DNA of 63,423 bases, the filler included, from Globobulimina sp. (taxonomy: Eukaryota): the NCBI GenBank assembly GCA_003354225.1. It is 46 parts of 46 records of this genome, joined end to end, with 100 filler letters (N's around TTAATTAATTAA, not from the genome) between each part and the next. Parts side by side here need not be neighbours in the genome. Positions count along the whole stretch, not along the records: positions 35,919 to 37,199 come from PIVH01019501.1; positions 37,300 to 38,580 come from PIVH01019502.1; positions 38,681 to 39,961 come from PIVH01019503.1; positions 40,062 to 41,342 come from PIVH01019504.1; positions 41,443 to 42,723 come from PIVH01019505.1; positions 42,824 to 44,103 come from PIVH01019506.1; positions 44,204 to 45,483 come from PIVH01019507.1; positions 45,584 to 46,863 come from PIVH01019508.1; 38 more parts are not named here. The stretch is one strand, 5' to 3'. The notes beneath the pieces are model-generated. The model was not told where the DNA came from. It saw only the letters and a list, made by a program, of their open reading frames with translations, and did not search any database. Position numbers and translations under genes: made by a program. Shown here one piece after another: positions 36,978-49,723 of the stretch. The stretch's first letter is position 1, and each line of letters starts with the position of its first letter.

Positions 36978-37299
36978 GCTGAGTGCGGAGCGAGATGAAT
37001 CTTAATTGTTTGTATCGCGAAGTGGAGAGTGTATTTGGTGTATAATTTGCAACAGAACCGCAACGTTGCTGCTATTAAGCTATTTTTAATATGCGTTGTG
37101 GAGTAGAATGCACATACCATTCAGGTAACTGTTGCAAACACCCATGCTGTGTGCGGATTAGAATTAGAAAAAGTGAGTATATGAGAGAAAAAAAGATTTN
37201 NNNNNNNNNNNNNNNNNNNNNNNNNNNNNNNNNNNNNNNNNNNTTAATTAATTAANNNNNNNNNNNNNNNNNNNNNNNNNNNNNNNNNNNNNNNNNNNN

Positions 37300-38176
37300 A
37301 TCAGTGTACAAAAATTTCAAACTTCGCGATATCGAATATAAGAAAGACAACAATGTCAGTTTCAAAGAGTTTGTGTTTCGGAATAATTATAACATCGAAG
37401 ATTATAGTAATTGCACCATCGACTTGTCGCTGAAAATGGGGGGTATAATCTGCGACGAATTGGAGAATTTATTGGAGCAAAATGTGGGCATTCAATCCTT
37501 AAAAACATTGTATAACTCATTGTATCCGAGCAAGCAATTACGATTAGTCAATATCGGCTTTTTTCAGTCTCCGGCCACCAATCCCGGACAGAATTGGCAC
37601 ACTGACTTTGAGTTTACGAGCATTCACGACCGGCATACGGCATTAGCGCCAGTCGTGACTGTCATTGTCAGTCTGGTTAAGCAGAGGTACGACGAAGATG
37701 TGGATGTGGCGAAAACCAGTGGGAGCACCGTGTTTTGCTTAGGTTCCAATCACTGTTCGCAACAAATTCAGGAAATGTGTAAGAAATATCCGGTGGAATG
37801 TGAGGAGTGGTTATATCGCGTGATTCAGCCCGTTTTGGATAAGGGAGATATTGCTTGTTTTGCTGGGCATACTATGCATTTTGGCGGCGCTTACAATCAT
37901 TTGTGTGGTGAGGAAGGAGAGGATGAAGATATCGATCGTGTGGTATTGTATGGCATTTTGCATTTATTGCCAAAAGAAGCGAAACACGATGAATATTTGA
38001 CAGTGGATATGAATATAATGTATCTGCAACAAACACAATCTTTGTTTGGTGGTGGAAGATATGCGATTGTGAGCAAACAGGATATGGAGAATAATGATAA
38101 TGGGAAGGATGAGGATGAGGATGATGGCAATCCGTATTTTGTCAAGAAAAATAGATGGAGAGATAGAAAAACATAG
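37300..38176 (+). CDS. PhyH-like 2OG-Fe(II) dioxygenase (5' partial)
   Basis: QNWHTD (HxD), GSTVFCLGSNH and KGDIACF...HFGGA. Confidence 0.8.
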
Positions 38177-40633
38177 ATATTAATTGTCAAATATATATTC
38201 AATCAATTGTTTCTATTGTTATTTTTGCTTTGATTGATTCTTTTTGTAGTTTGCCTTTTATTTATTTTCTTTTGCAGTGATGACTGGTCGATATTTTGTA
38301 TATAATTTATAAGAAATTTTGCATTGGGGGTGGGGGATATGTATCAAAATTCATCGTTTACGCACAGCATATGTTCATTAAAAATCTACAAAAAATAAAT
38401 TAAAATTAAACTCAATCAAAAAATCAATAAATATTCAATAAGTCCGAACAAAAGTTAAGATTATAATCTGTCAATACATAAGGTATCTTCTTTTTTGGAA
38501 GGAAAATAGGTTAATAATAAAATGTTAATGGTTCCCGATGAAACACAACCTTTAACAATTCAATTTTGACTTTCAATGTTNNNNNNNNNNNNNNNNNNNN
38601 NNNNNNNNNNNNNNNNNNNNNNNNTTAATTAATTAANNNNNNNNNNNNNNNNNNNNNNNNNNNNNNNNNNNNNNNNNNNNTGCTTTGTAGTAACCGGCAC
38701 TGCTGTAACTGTAGGATTGCAAAATGTGCTACTGAATCCTTTATGTTGAAATGGCTTGTGAACTGTAGGACTGTACAATGTGCTGTATGTACTGTTAGGT
38801 ACTTGTTCTGGTGACCCATAAACTGTGTATTCTGCAGGTACTTCTACTGTTTCATAGTCAGTAACTATGTCATATATATTTGTTTCACCTTGATTGAAGC
38901 TTTCCATCACTGTATTTAGGTCTCCTCCCTTCAGCCATGTATGGTATGCTCGTGTCCATCTGGGATATGGAAAAAATGGCACAGTGGGCAACAGACGAGC
39001 TGGCAACTCATGGAAATTGGTTGGTGGGAATTGTTGTTTTCTTTTTTCGCACCAAATAAACATGAGGATATCATACTCTGGTACATCAAGTGGTTCTTCG
39101 AACAAGCTGCTAGCCGAACTAGGTGCATTTGCGCATGTATTTAGATGTGCCAATTGACTATTTGGTATATCGGTTATGATTTGATCAGTTGGTGTTGTTT
39201 TTCGTAATGTATTTTCAACAATTTCCGAGCACCAGGGTCATGGTGTGGTACACAACGCATATATATATCACACAAAACAACACAAGTCAGCTGCCACCAC
39301 TGTAACAGTATTCTATGAGTTACTATAATGTTGCCAAGTAGAGTACTACGAAGCTCAGCTTCGGAACTCGGATAAATGACAACAGCAAAGCACAGAAAAC
39401 TGTTAGGTCTGTTGATGGATGATATGCGATGTCGGAAACAAATGATAGAATGATCGAATGAATAACAAGGCTCAGATAAAAGCTAAACTAATATAAACAT
39501 CGAATGTATTACCAAAATGCCAGAGTCCAATTTACTTGATGTCCATTATGAAAACCATATAAAAACAATTAAAAGAATAATAATATACAAAGGAGAACAA
39601 TAAAATAAGCACCCAAAGAATCGACTGGAAACATCAAGACTGCAAAACAAGAATGAATAAGAGTTCAGAGATCACTGGGCAGAGGCTTCCAGTTCGGATA
39701 GTAGTTGCATTAGTCCTGTTCAGCCATAGGCAAATTTGTGCTTGGTCACGCCACCTCCAAAGTCAAGGCAGCCGGGCTAGCTGGGACCGTATCTCCACAC
39801 TCAGCTGTAGTTGATATAATCTGCAGATCAACGCGGCAATTTCAAACAGCTGGTTTTCCAATTATAACATCATGCAATGATGTTATATGCCTCCCTGCTA
39901 CCATTGATGTTTTTGACTGGTTGGCCCATCTTGGAATGATCCTATTTTTGGTTGAACTGAANNNNNNNNNNNNNNNNNNNNNNNNNNNNNNNNNNNNNNN
40001 NNNNNTTAATTAATTAANNNNNNNNNNNNNNNNNNNNNNNNNNNNNNNNNNNNNNNNNNNNTTAATAATGCGATTATCATCGATTAAATCTAAATTATTT
40101 ATCAATTTTATTGCGATCTCATTATTAATTCTCTCGTGTTGATTGTTAACTATAGAATTTATTTTCGTTCTTTCTCTTAATTCGTTCCACAGTTTATATT
40201 TTATTGCGGATGTTAAAAACAAATGTTTTTGTGTTAATATACCGCAAACATCAATATATTTGTTAATATGTTTTGAATATATTTTAATTGGAAAATCAAA
40301 TATTATATTCGTATTGTTATTATTTAATATATTTATCAGTTTAAATTCATTTATATTGTTAATATTATCAATTGAAATAAATTCGTTTCCACATTTATAT
40401 TGTTGTATGCTTTTCCGTTTCTTAGTAAATAATGTATCCACCAAAGTTAATGGCATGTCATCATCTGAATATGTTTCTGATTCTGATGATAGTTCTGTCA
40501 TGATTGTACAAGTGGTTGCATGGTTAAAAAGGAGTTTTTTGTTGAAGCAAAAAAAAAAGATACTCCCATTCCAAAGTTAAAATATGACTAAGCACTTTTT
40601 ATAATACTATTAATTATATTATACAGAAATGTG

Positions 40634-40687
40634 TCAAGTTGTACGTATAGTATTAGTATTAGTATAGGATAGTATCAAGTTGTACGT
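40634..40687. repeat. 28-bp simple-repeat insert between 13-bp direct repeats (TSD-like)
   Basis: TCAAGTTGTACGT at 40634-40646 and 40675-40687 flanks ATAGTATTAGTATTAGTATAGGATAGTA. Confidence 0.6.
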
Positions 40688-40688
40688 T

Positions 40689-41292
40689 TCATCTGTTTTT
40701 GTTAGCATAATAATCCGAAACAGTTTGATGAACATAATTGATTTTCTCCATCGGCACTCTATGAGCATTTAACCACTGCAAATCAACCACAGGCAATACA
40801 AATGCAGATGGATATTGACCACCAAAATGAATTGTATTCGTAGCATTCCTCCAATTTTTATCACCATCAATTACCATATTCCCTGTATTAAAATTAAGTG
40901 AAAACCGTTTATAATTTGAGGATGAAATAGAGACTGATATTCTATGTCCTTTGTTAAATATAAATGACATAAATGCTAAATCAATTGTAACATTGTAAAC
41001 CGTTCCTTGTCTCATTGCATCAGATGGTTTTGTTTGATATATACTCGGAGTCCACGTCCCCGTTTCCCTCCATCTCATTCGCAATATACCATCTTGAACC
41101 AAATATGGATTGCCATTGGGATGAATATCAATCAATTTAGCCGTGAAGTCCGTATCTGGCGCATCAGACGAAACAAATAAATTTAATCGCAACTCTCCAA
41201 CTAAAGCAATATCTGCCTCTAATACAGCTGAACTAAAATGTAATATATCACTTCTTCCCTTTTCCACTGTATCTTGGTTCCATGGCCCACAC
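40689..41292 (-). CDS. CocE/NonD family hydrolase, last exon (PepX_C-like domain)
   Basis: LFVSSDAPDTDFTAKLID, DGILRMRWR, F.KGHRI...ISSSN..RF; TTTTAG acceptor ending at 41293. Confidence 0.88.
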
Positions 41293-41906
41293 CTAAAATA
41301 ATAAAAAAATAATATGAATATCACTGTTAAACATGAAACATANNNNNNNNNNNNNNNNNNNNNNNNNNNNNNNNNNNNNNNNNNNNTTAATTAATTAANN
41401 NNNNNNNNNNNNNNNNNNNNNNNNNNNNNNNNNNNNNNNNNNCTATATACAGCAACTTTTTTATTGTGTTTTTTTTTTGTTTCAGTTGTGGGGAATCAGT
41501 TATTATTAAAAATAAATAGGGATTGTATTGATACATTGTGTACATTATAAAACTTTAATATTTGTAAATAATGTTTTTTTCTTGATTGGTAAGATTATTT
41601 GTGTAAAATTTGATTTTTTTTTAAAATCAGAATAGGGTTAAAAAGGTTAAAACATAGAGAGTAAAATATTGCTATATTAAAAATACAGCGAAACTGGTAA
41701 TATATAATGTTGTTTACCAGGTTTGCAATGTAAGCAAAATTATTACAAATGCAGCACCGTCACATTATATTTTAACAACATAAAAGTAAGAAATAGAAAA
41801 AAATAAAATAAAACAATTAAAAGTAAGAATTTGTATTAAAAATAACTAAAATAAATGCATGATTTTATTGAGGAAAAGAAAGTGTATATATTTATTTATA
41901 CTTAAT

Positions 41907-42723
41907 TTATTCATCTAATTTATAGATTGGTAGCGATTCAATTCGCTTACACTTACCGTCGGAATACATTTTTAATAGATCACCACGTGTAGTTTTAATG
42001 TATTTTGCTATTTGTTTAATGATTTTAACGCGGTACGTAAGATCCAGTTGGAACGGGGGGAAGAATAAGGATTTCCGTAAGTGATTTTCATCGCCATTCA
42101 TATCAAATATGTGCTTATTTTTCTCTTTTGATACCAATCTATTATATGACTCATAGATACTTTTTATTTCCTCAAATAATAATTTACGCGGACTTTGGTA
42201 ATGTGCCGCATTGCATGAACTAAAGTAATGCATAATCGATTCATCACATTGTCGTTGTATACAGTCAGTGTGTTGAGTACACCATGGATTATACTGATAA
42301 TTATATGCTTTATATACCATATATGCGTTCAATGGGAGCTGGTCGGCCATGCACATGACTCTAATATCATTTTCCATGGTCGTTAATAATGGTAATATTT
42401 CGGCGTATTTCTTGGGGTTCCATTTAATTTTCAGCTCATAATAATGTTTACCCATCGAATATATGTCCGATGTGTAGAATAAACCATATCTGAATTGGTT
42501 CCAATGTGACTCATCCAATCTATTTGCGAGGTACTTAATTTCTGATTTTACCGTTTTATATCCAATCATTTCATTTGGGTTTAACCATGTTTTGTGATCC
42601 CCGCTTAAGGATATTGATACGCCATAAATGTCGTGTTTTTCAATTATTGTGTCCATATTATTTAATCTTTTTGATACGAAATCTTGTCCTAATTTATTGC
42701 TAATGCTTGTAATATTGAACATT
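41907..42723 (-). CDS. Hypothetical protein (5' partial)
   Basis: 271-aa open frame; no family recognised. Confidence 0.5.
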
Positions 42724-42823
42724 NNNNNNNNNNNNNNNNNNNNNNNNNNNNNNNNNNNNNNNNNNNNTTAATTAATTAANNNNNNNNNNNNNNNNNNNNN
42801 NNNNNNNNNNNNNNNNNNNNNNN

Positions 42824-43726
42824 CCTGCCATTTCCAGTTGTCCAGGTGTTCATATTACCTATTCTCCACCCACTTCCTGAAGTTTCAGATTCATCCAACT
42901 TAGCATAAATTGTTTGCCATCCAGCATTAACTTCATGTTGAAATGTTGAACTTAGGTCTATTGCCAGAACATTATTGCCATCAGTTAATCGAATATCGGC
43001 AATGTTATTCTGAACAGGTCTGGCTTTTATGGTGTTTCCCAAATAGTAATGATACGCAATATATTGACCATACATATCACCAACAAAATTCGCTGGTGCC
43101 AAATACGATCGAATGCCTCCTTTTGTGTCAAATCCCCATATGAAACTATCTGATGAGCCTGTTGGCCCTGTTGTAATTGGTGTATTTGGTTCATCAGAAG
43201 TATATATCGAAGCATCACGATAGGGTGACCACCCGTCCATACCATTTTCAAAGTCACTTATTATATCTGTAAAATCATTACTTCTTGATACACTATATGT
43301 TTTTGTGCTATTGTTAAAATTAAACTGGTGGCTGAATGTATTTTCTTCAATGGCAACCATCCCCAAACTCATTCCGGTAATATTGGATGAGATGTAAAGA
43401 CTGTCTATTACTTCAGGCATTGAAATAACTGTTTGATATAATCCATTCTCATCAACTCCACCTGAAGCAATTTCTACACCTAAGCTATCTGGATCTCCGA
43501 TATATATGAAAAATTTAGTCCTTTCAAATTTGGCACTTCCATCACCAACTACCTGGAGTTGTATTTGAATATTTTCGGTTGTTCTAAACGTAAAACCATC
43601 TGGTACATTAATGTCGTTAAGACCACCACCTGATGGAGGTGTGGGTTCACTATTATTTTTGCAAGACATAAATGTAAACATGGTTAACAACAAAATACTT
43701 AGGCTTAGGGCAGTAAACTTTCTCAT
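42824..43726 (-). CDS. Bacteroidota lipoprotein with an LruC-like N-terminus (3' partial)
   Basis: Lipobox FMSC; LNDINVPDGFTFRTT; YLAPANFVGD is laminin-B-like. Confidence 0.65.
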
Positions 43727-43897
43727 GGCGTAGTTTTTTAGTAGTTATGATTTGTGTATTTCATTCTTCTTTCCAAAGTTAGTAAAAAATATAATGCAAA
43801 TTTTGTTAACTTATTATAAAGGACTGTATATCAAACGGTATTCCCCTATTATGAAAAAGGATTTGAAAGGGAGTCGAATTGCTTTAGTTCATTCGAT

Positions 43898-44103
43898 TTA
43901 GCTATTACCACTAAATTCTAACAAGTATGCCTTAATAAAATCGTTCAGGTCTCCGTCCATAATATTTTGAACATTAGATGTTTCGTAATTTGTACGAAGA
44001 TCCTTAACTAATTTATAAGGATGCATAACATATGAACGTATTTGCGATCCCCATTCTATTTTCTTTTTGCTTCCTTCAATTTGCGCAATGGCATCTTGTT
44101 TCC
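43898..44103 (-). CDS. prfB: Peptide chain release factor 2, C-terminal part
   Basis: Manual translation [26 protein letters not shown]...[12 protein letters not shown]. Confidence 0.95.
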
Positions 44104-44203
44104 NNNNNNNNNNNNNNNNNNNNNNNNNNNNNNNNNNNNNNNNNNNNTTAATTAATTAANNNNNNNNNNNNNNNNNNNNNNNNNNNNNNNNNNNNNNNNN
44201 NNN

Positions 44204-44473
44204 ACATGAGGAATTGGCAAAGTCTGTCGCTGATAATAGGTTTGGAATATTAATGCTGGTGTTTTGGTCTTCATCCCCATGCTCTTCGGCGTCGATCTCC
44301 ATATTTTCTTTATTAAATTCGGCTGAATTTCTTTTGATTTCTTCCCCTTTTTTATCAAAATAATTTTGACAGAATTCCTCAGAGATATCATTCTCGTCTT
44401 TGGCTGTAATGGCAGAGAAATCTGTGAATTGAGGGCAATCAAATTCAAAGTCAGTGGTTTTAGTGCCATTCAT
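44204..44473 (-). CDS. Protein with a TPX2-like N-terminal Aurora-binding motif (3' partial)
   Basis: DFEFDCPQFTDF...NYFD resembles the YEFDAPxxxDF...WF motif. Confidence 0.5.
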
Positions 44474-44552
44474 TATGCAAATATGCGCAAAGTTTTTGAG
44501 TGTGGTATAAAGTCATTTACATTTTATTTTTGAGTGTCAGTGACGCAGTGTC

Positions 44553-44951
44553 TTATTTTTGTTCATTGCACATTTCATTCATTTTTGTGGCCAATTCGAC
44601 ATCTAAATGTGATACACCATTGCAAGTATGTGTCGCTAATGTAACTTCAACGCGATTATAAACATTAAACCATTCTGGATGATGATCTATTTTTTCTGCG
44701 ATCAATGCAACTCTTGTCATAAAAGCAAATGCTTCGCTAAAATCATTGAATCCAAATGTTTTAAATATTGCTTCACGATCTTTTAATACACTCCATCCAT
44801 TCAATGTGGACAATGCTTTCTCTCTTTCTGAATCAGATAATTTATCTCGCGATATCCACCGTGTCTGCATTGAACATAATCCTCCATATTTCATATATTT
44901 TGCCGGTTGTATGGCATTGTTCATTGCTAAATTCTTGAAACGAGACAGCAT
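44553..44951 (-). CDS. PCBD: Pterin-4-alpha-carbinolamine dehydratase with an organellar presequence
   Basis: [40 protein letters not shown]. Confidence 0.95.
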   Translation of the reverse strand: MLSRFKNLAMNNAIQPAKYMKYGGLCSMQTRWISRDKLSDSEREKALSTLNGWSVLKDREAIFKTFGFNDFSEAFAFMTRVALIAEKIDHHPEWFNVYNRVEVTLATHTCNGVSHLDVELATKMNEMCNEQK

Positions 44952-45017
44952 TGTTTTTGTTTTCGTATATCCAAAAATGTCAAAACTTTTACTGAATTTT
45001 ATTACTAACTAATAACA

Positions 45018-45483
45018 ATGACTTATCGTAATAGAAAAGGAAGAGGGAGACAGAATGATAACTTTTTATCAGAAGATCTTGAACAAAAATCTAAAAATAC
45101 AGCGCCATGCACAAAATTCCCAAATGAAACTTATCCAGATTTTTTTTTAAAATATCAAATACCGCGATTACTCAAATTAAAAAACAAACAAAATGCTAAT
45201 AAGCAAAATGATGAACAATTAGTAACAATAGCAAATGAGTTGGAACATAGCTATAGAAATTCAGGTTATTTTGTTCATGGATTTGACCAAATTGAGGCAA
45301 ATGGATATTGTGAGAAAATGACACCATATTTGTATCATGGAACAGCATTCCCAAAAGAAGTAAGAATATCATCTCGATCGATGTCAGCAAATGCAAATAA
45401 TACCAATACAAATACAAAAACAAAGGATGAGGAGAAATATTTTTTATTTGAAGAGGACGAACAGAAAATGAGAGATTTGGAGG
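45018..45483 (+). CDS. Possible RNA polymerase III subunit RPC7/Rpc31-like (3' partial)
   Basis: N-terminal RGRG, SGYF and FPKEV, followed by an acidic region. Confidence 0.45.
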
Positions 45484-45583
45484 NNNNNNNNNNNNNNNNN
45501 NNNNNNNNNNNNNNNNNNNNNNNNNNNTTAATTAATTAANNNNNNNNNNNNNNNNNNNNNNNNNNNNNNNNNNNNNNNNNNNN

Positions 45584-45765
45584 TCTTCAAATTGACCCCG
45601 ATATTTTGAACCCGTAAGCAGTGACACAAAATTGATCTCTTTCAGTCGTTTGTCCTTTAATTGGCTGGGGACTTCACGATTCATTATTTTAATGGCCATT
45701 TTTCGGATCAATGCGGATTTACCGACACCGCCGCCACCAAGTATTACTATTTTCACTTCTGACAT
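45584..45765 (-). other. Ras-like N-terminus joined to a ClpA/B/C NBD1 sequence at the shared P-loop (probable chimera)
   Basis: MSEVKIVILGGGGVGKSAL (Ras-like) followed by IRKMAIKIMNREVPSQLKDKRL...GSKYRGQFE (Clp-like). Confidence 0.7.
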
Positions 45766-46433
45766 GATAATTGACTAAGAAACCTTACTGACAGCAGATG
45801 TCAAACTAATTATAAAACAAGTCTATCAATAAAAATAAACACATATTTCAACAGTCAACACAACCAAACAAAAAAAGAAAAACAATTAAAGATAATCCCA
45901 ATCGATATTATCCATATCAATAGTATCAGTATCAAAAGAAACTGAGCTTGTATTGATGTGAGATGATGTTTGACTGATTGTAATACCAGATCTTGTATGA
46001 TTTATTGCAGAATTCGAATTATAATCGATATGGTCATTAAGCAAGAATCGATTGTTTTTAATTTCCCGAATAGCAATTTGAATGAGTGGTGTTGCATCAG
46101 AATCGGTTGGGTGCTGCAGATGTGTTTGCAATATTTTTTTTAACTCAACCAATGCTGCTCGTAATTGTGCATCATGGTATTTGGTCGGATGAAGATAAAA
46201 TGACTGAGGAACTCCGGATGGCATTATCTCAATATTTGGCATAGTTTTTGATTGCTTCTTCTTTTCTAAATCAGATGACATTGTTAGATGTGAATTAATC
46301 TGACAGATATATTAAAAATGCGTTGTCAGAGAAAGAATTGTATTATGAGTTGAAGCAAAAAGCGATTATGAGTTTGTTCAATATTGTAACAGCTGCATTA
46401 ATCAACAAAAAAATATTAATAAATATACTAAGA

Positions 46434-46640
46434 TGGTTCAGGTAGGATTTAAACCCACATCGAAGTGTATTGAGTTGCAATTTTAATCAATCAAATCAAC
46501 ACTGCGTAAACCTGGATTTTGTTGATTAAACATAAAAAAATTAACACAATAACAAATATCTGCAAATCAAAGGAATGATATAACTGAAATGGTGTGGAGT
46601 TACCACAAGACACACGCTCTAACGATTGAGCTACTGAACC
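46434..46640 (-). tRNA. tRNA (anticodon TGT as written) with a 132-nt insertion at position 37/38; possibly a pseudogene
   Basis: Acceptor GGTTCAG/CTGAACC-A perfect; D stem GCTC/GAGC; anticodon stem TGTGT/ATACA; T stem GTGGG/CCTAC with loop TTTAAAT; insert at 46472-46603. Confidence 0.7.
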
Positions 46641-46963
46641 AATGTACATTGCATTTTGCGATTATTGTGGTTGTACAAAATACTATTTATACAGAATTGA
46701 AATAGCAGTTTAATGTTTATGAGAGAATAATTTATAACGTTTTTGAGATACCAAAACTTTCTTTTTTTGTCAACTAAACTACTCAAACAAACATGACATC
46801 AGTTTTTGCTTTTGTGGCAGTGATAGTATTTATATTTTTAAACAATGATTGCGTGGAAGGATANNNNNNNNNNNNNNNNNNNNNNNNNNNNNNNNNNNNN
46901 NNNNNNNTTAATTAATTAANNNNNNNNNNNNNNNNNNNNNNNNNNNNNNNNNNNNNNNNNNNN

Positions 46964-48243
46964 ACTGGTTTACTTTTAAAACTAAGCATACTCTGCGCGT
47001 TGGCATATAATATCGAAACATGCATTCGAGAGCAAGTTGATTTTGATAAATATGACGATAAATATAGAATATATTGTTATTATACATTCTTAGCAGCATT
47101 GTATATTATATATTTAATCGAAGTCTCTATTGATCCATTACCAAAAGTCAAACAAAAGCCTGCTGAATACTATCAAAGCCGGAAATCCTTCAACAAAGCC
47201 ATAGCAACACAGGAGAGCTCACTTAGACGACTTTCGGAGATGTCAACTGCAGTCCAATCAGTAGCATATAACCGGGGAATGACTTCAAAGCAACACAAAA
47301 TTAGTGCGGCAATAACAGTCGATTCAGTAATAAAAATATTTGCAGATTTTAAGCCATGTCAAGCAAATAAAGATAAATATTTTAGCGAGATTGAGATTGA
47401 CGCGACCAACGAAGAGGAGGAAAAACGTTTGGAAGACTCGATAACCGCAATCGTGCCTTTTTATAATGAAAAAGCGAACGAAATACTGGCAACGTTGCGA
47501 TCGTTGTATTATAATTTCCGTTATATTAAGGAAAAAACGCAAAAAAACACAGAGTATGACAATACACATTTTAATGTGTTACTAGTTGGTGACGGATGGT
47601 TTAAAGCTCATGAATCAAGCAAGAGATATTTAGCCCAATTGTATAATTGTACAACAATCGATGATAGTTTTAAGAATATTAATTATAAACAGAATAAACA
47701 TAATACCGTGATATTACAAACCAAAAATAACCAAAAATTATGTATTAATCCCTTTCATAACGCTGATGACAGATTATATTTAAAAGTGACCACAATTATA
47801 AAAATCGATAATAGGAAAAAGGCAAATTCGCACGAATGGTTTTTGGGTAAGTATGGATTTGCTGAATGGTGCAAATGCGATTATATGTATTTTACCGATG
47901 CATATTCTACATTGAATAAAAAGGGTTTGTATAAGATGACGAATCATATGAAAGAAGTTAAAAATGAAGACGTTGTGTGCTGTACTGGCCGAGCCAGAGT
48001 GTATACCATTGAGCAAGAGTTACAATTTCAAAAATATCTTAGAAATGACGGACATGGCCAACCACCTCAAGAAATTTTATATGATAAAAAATGGCGCTCG
48101 CTTGATATTTTCGAGGGGGGAAATGAGGAGAAAAAAAGTGCAGATGTCGATGACGAAGAGGACAATATTTATCATAATATCCAAGATATAGGATCTGACC
48201 ATCGATTATCAATAAATGCGCATTTGCGGTCGTGTCAAATGTT
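46964..48243 (+). CDS. Chitin synthase-like GT2 glycosyltransferase (partial)
   Basis: IVPFYNE, LVGDG, IKIDNRKKANSHEWF, YMYFTDA and CCTGR. Confidence 0.8.
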
Positions 48244-48343
48244 NNNNNNNNNNNNNNNNNNNNNNNNNNNNNNNNNNNNNNNNNNNNTTAATTAATTAAN
48301 NNNNNNNNNNNNNNNNNNNNNNNNNNNNNNNNNNNNNNNNNNN

Positions 48344-49277
48344 AATATTGCTGTGTTCATTATCATTTGTACGTTCATCATTCGATTGCAGACATGAGAC
48401 AATACAGTTTTTCTGGACAAATGATGATTCGAGTTATTACAACGTCGCCATTTACAACGAACATAGACTCAGACACGAGACACCATTGATATTTCTTCAT
48501 GGATTCTTAGGTACGCGACATGTTTGGAATTTGACCAGAGATGATTTATTAGTTCGGTATCATCATAAAATGAGAAACCATCCAATGATAATGATAAGTT
48601 ACCGAGGTCATGGCGACAGCATCATTTATAACACAGATAAAATAAGATGGACAGTGCAAGATATAGCGGATGAAATTATTGATATTATTGTCAACAAATT
48701 GAATATTGATAAGTTTATATTGATTGGTCATTGTTACGGTGGTAGTTTATCAATATTGATCGCATTAAATTATCCACAAAAAGTAGAGAAATTAGTGTTA
48801 GTTGGATCCGCTGCATATTTTTCAAGCGACGTAGCTGCCGCATATACAGCTCATTGCTCCAAAGCATTTATTGAGAGTTTAGGCGGCAGATTGAAATGGT
48901 GCAAGTATTCAATCGATGATGTATTTCGAATGCAAAACAGATTGAAAGATGGACATTTAGATAAAGGTGATTACGATTTCCATTTAATTGAAGCTTGTCA
49001 AGTAACTATGGAGGCAGCGCAGTATATTTTGCCTGAATATGTGGAGAATTGGGATATTCGCGGAGGTGGAATGGATGCATTGAGTCAGACAAATATTGCA
49101 ATATTATTTGTTGCAGGATCGGTAGATTCGCTCTCCCCTTTTTATCAACCATTTGTGGATAGTTTATCAGAGCAACAATTGACATATGTAACAGTTGAGA
49201 ATGGCGATCGTTATTTGTTTATAGAACAAGAGTTTGTCACTGTTTTCGTTGATCAATTATTCAATTTTATATTTTAA
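48344..49277 (+). CDS. Alpha/beta-hydrolase fold protein with a non-canonical nucleophile (GHCYGG)
   Basis: LIFLHGF, YRGHGDS, LIGHCYGG, YPQKVEKLVL and GSVD. Confidence 0.85.
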
Positions 49278-49723
49278 TGTAAAAAAATTCAATATCCTAT
49301 ATTTTATAACTCAATATTTTTTGACTTTTTTTCTTATCATAACCAATTTTATTATTGTACTGTTATAATAGTATTCAATAAATTCTTTAGTACGTTGGTT
49401 TTATTTCTGAATATAAACACTTATCATGTCAACAACGCCTTTTTTGGTTGCTGATGCAGATGCAGATGAGGTTAAAGTGGCTGGATTCATCCCAATTGAT
49501 GACAAAGATGAGGTTAAGGTGGCTGGACGAGATCCATTCCTGGATTTTGCAGCATCAGTAAAGGCAGAACATTTGAGATCAGAGCAAGAGATGGAATTAT
49601 TTCTAGATCAATATATGTTTGGANNNNNNNNNNNNNNNNNNNNNNNNNNNNNNNNNNNNNNNNNNNNTTAATTAATTAANNNNNNNNNNNNNNNNNNNNN
49701 NNNNNNNNNNNNNNNNNNNNNNN

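Noticed and set aside
38681..39961. Possible retroelement or coding remnants
   Set aside because: Only short ORFs without recognisable motifs; no call can be supported.
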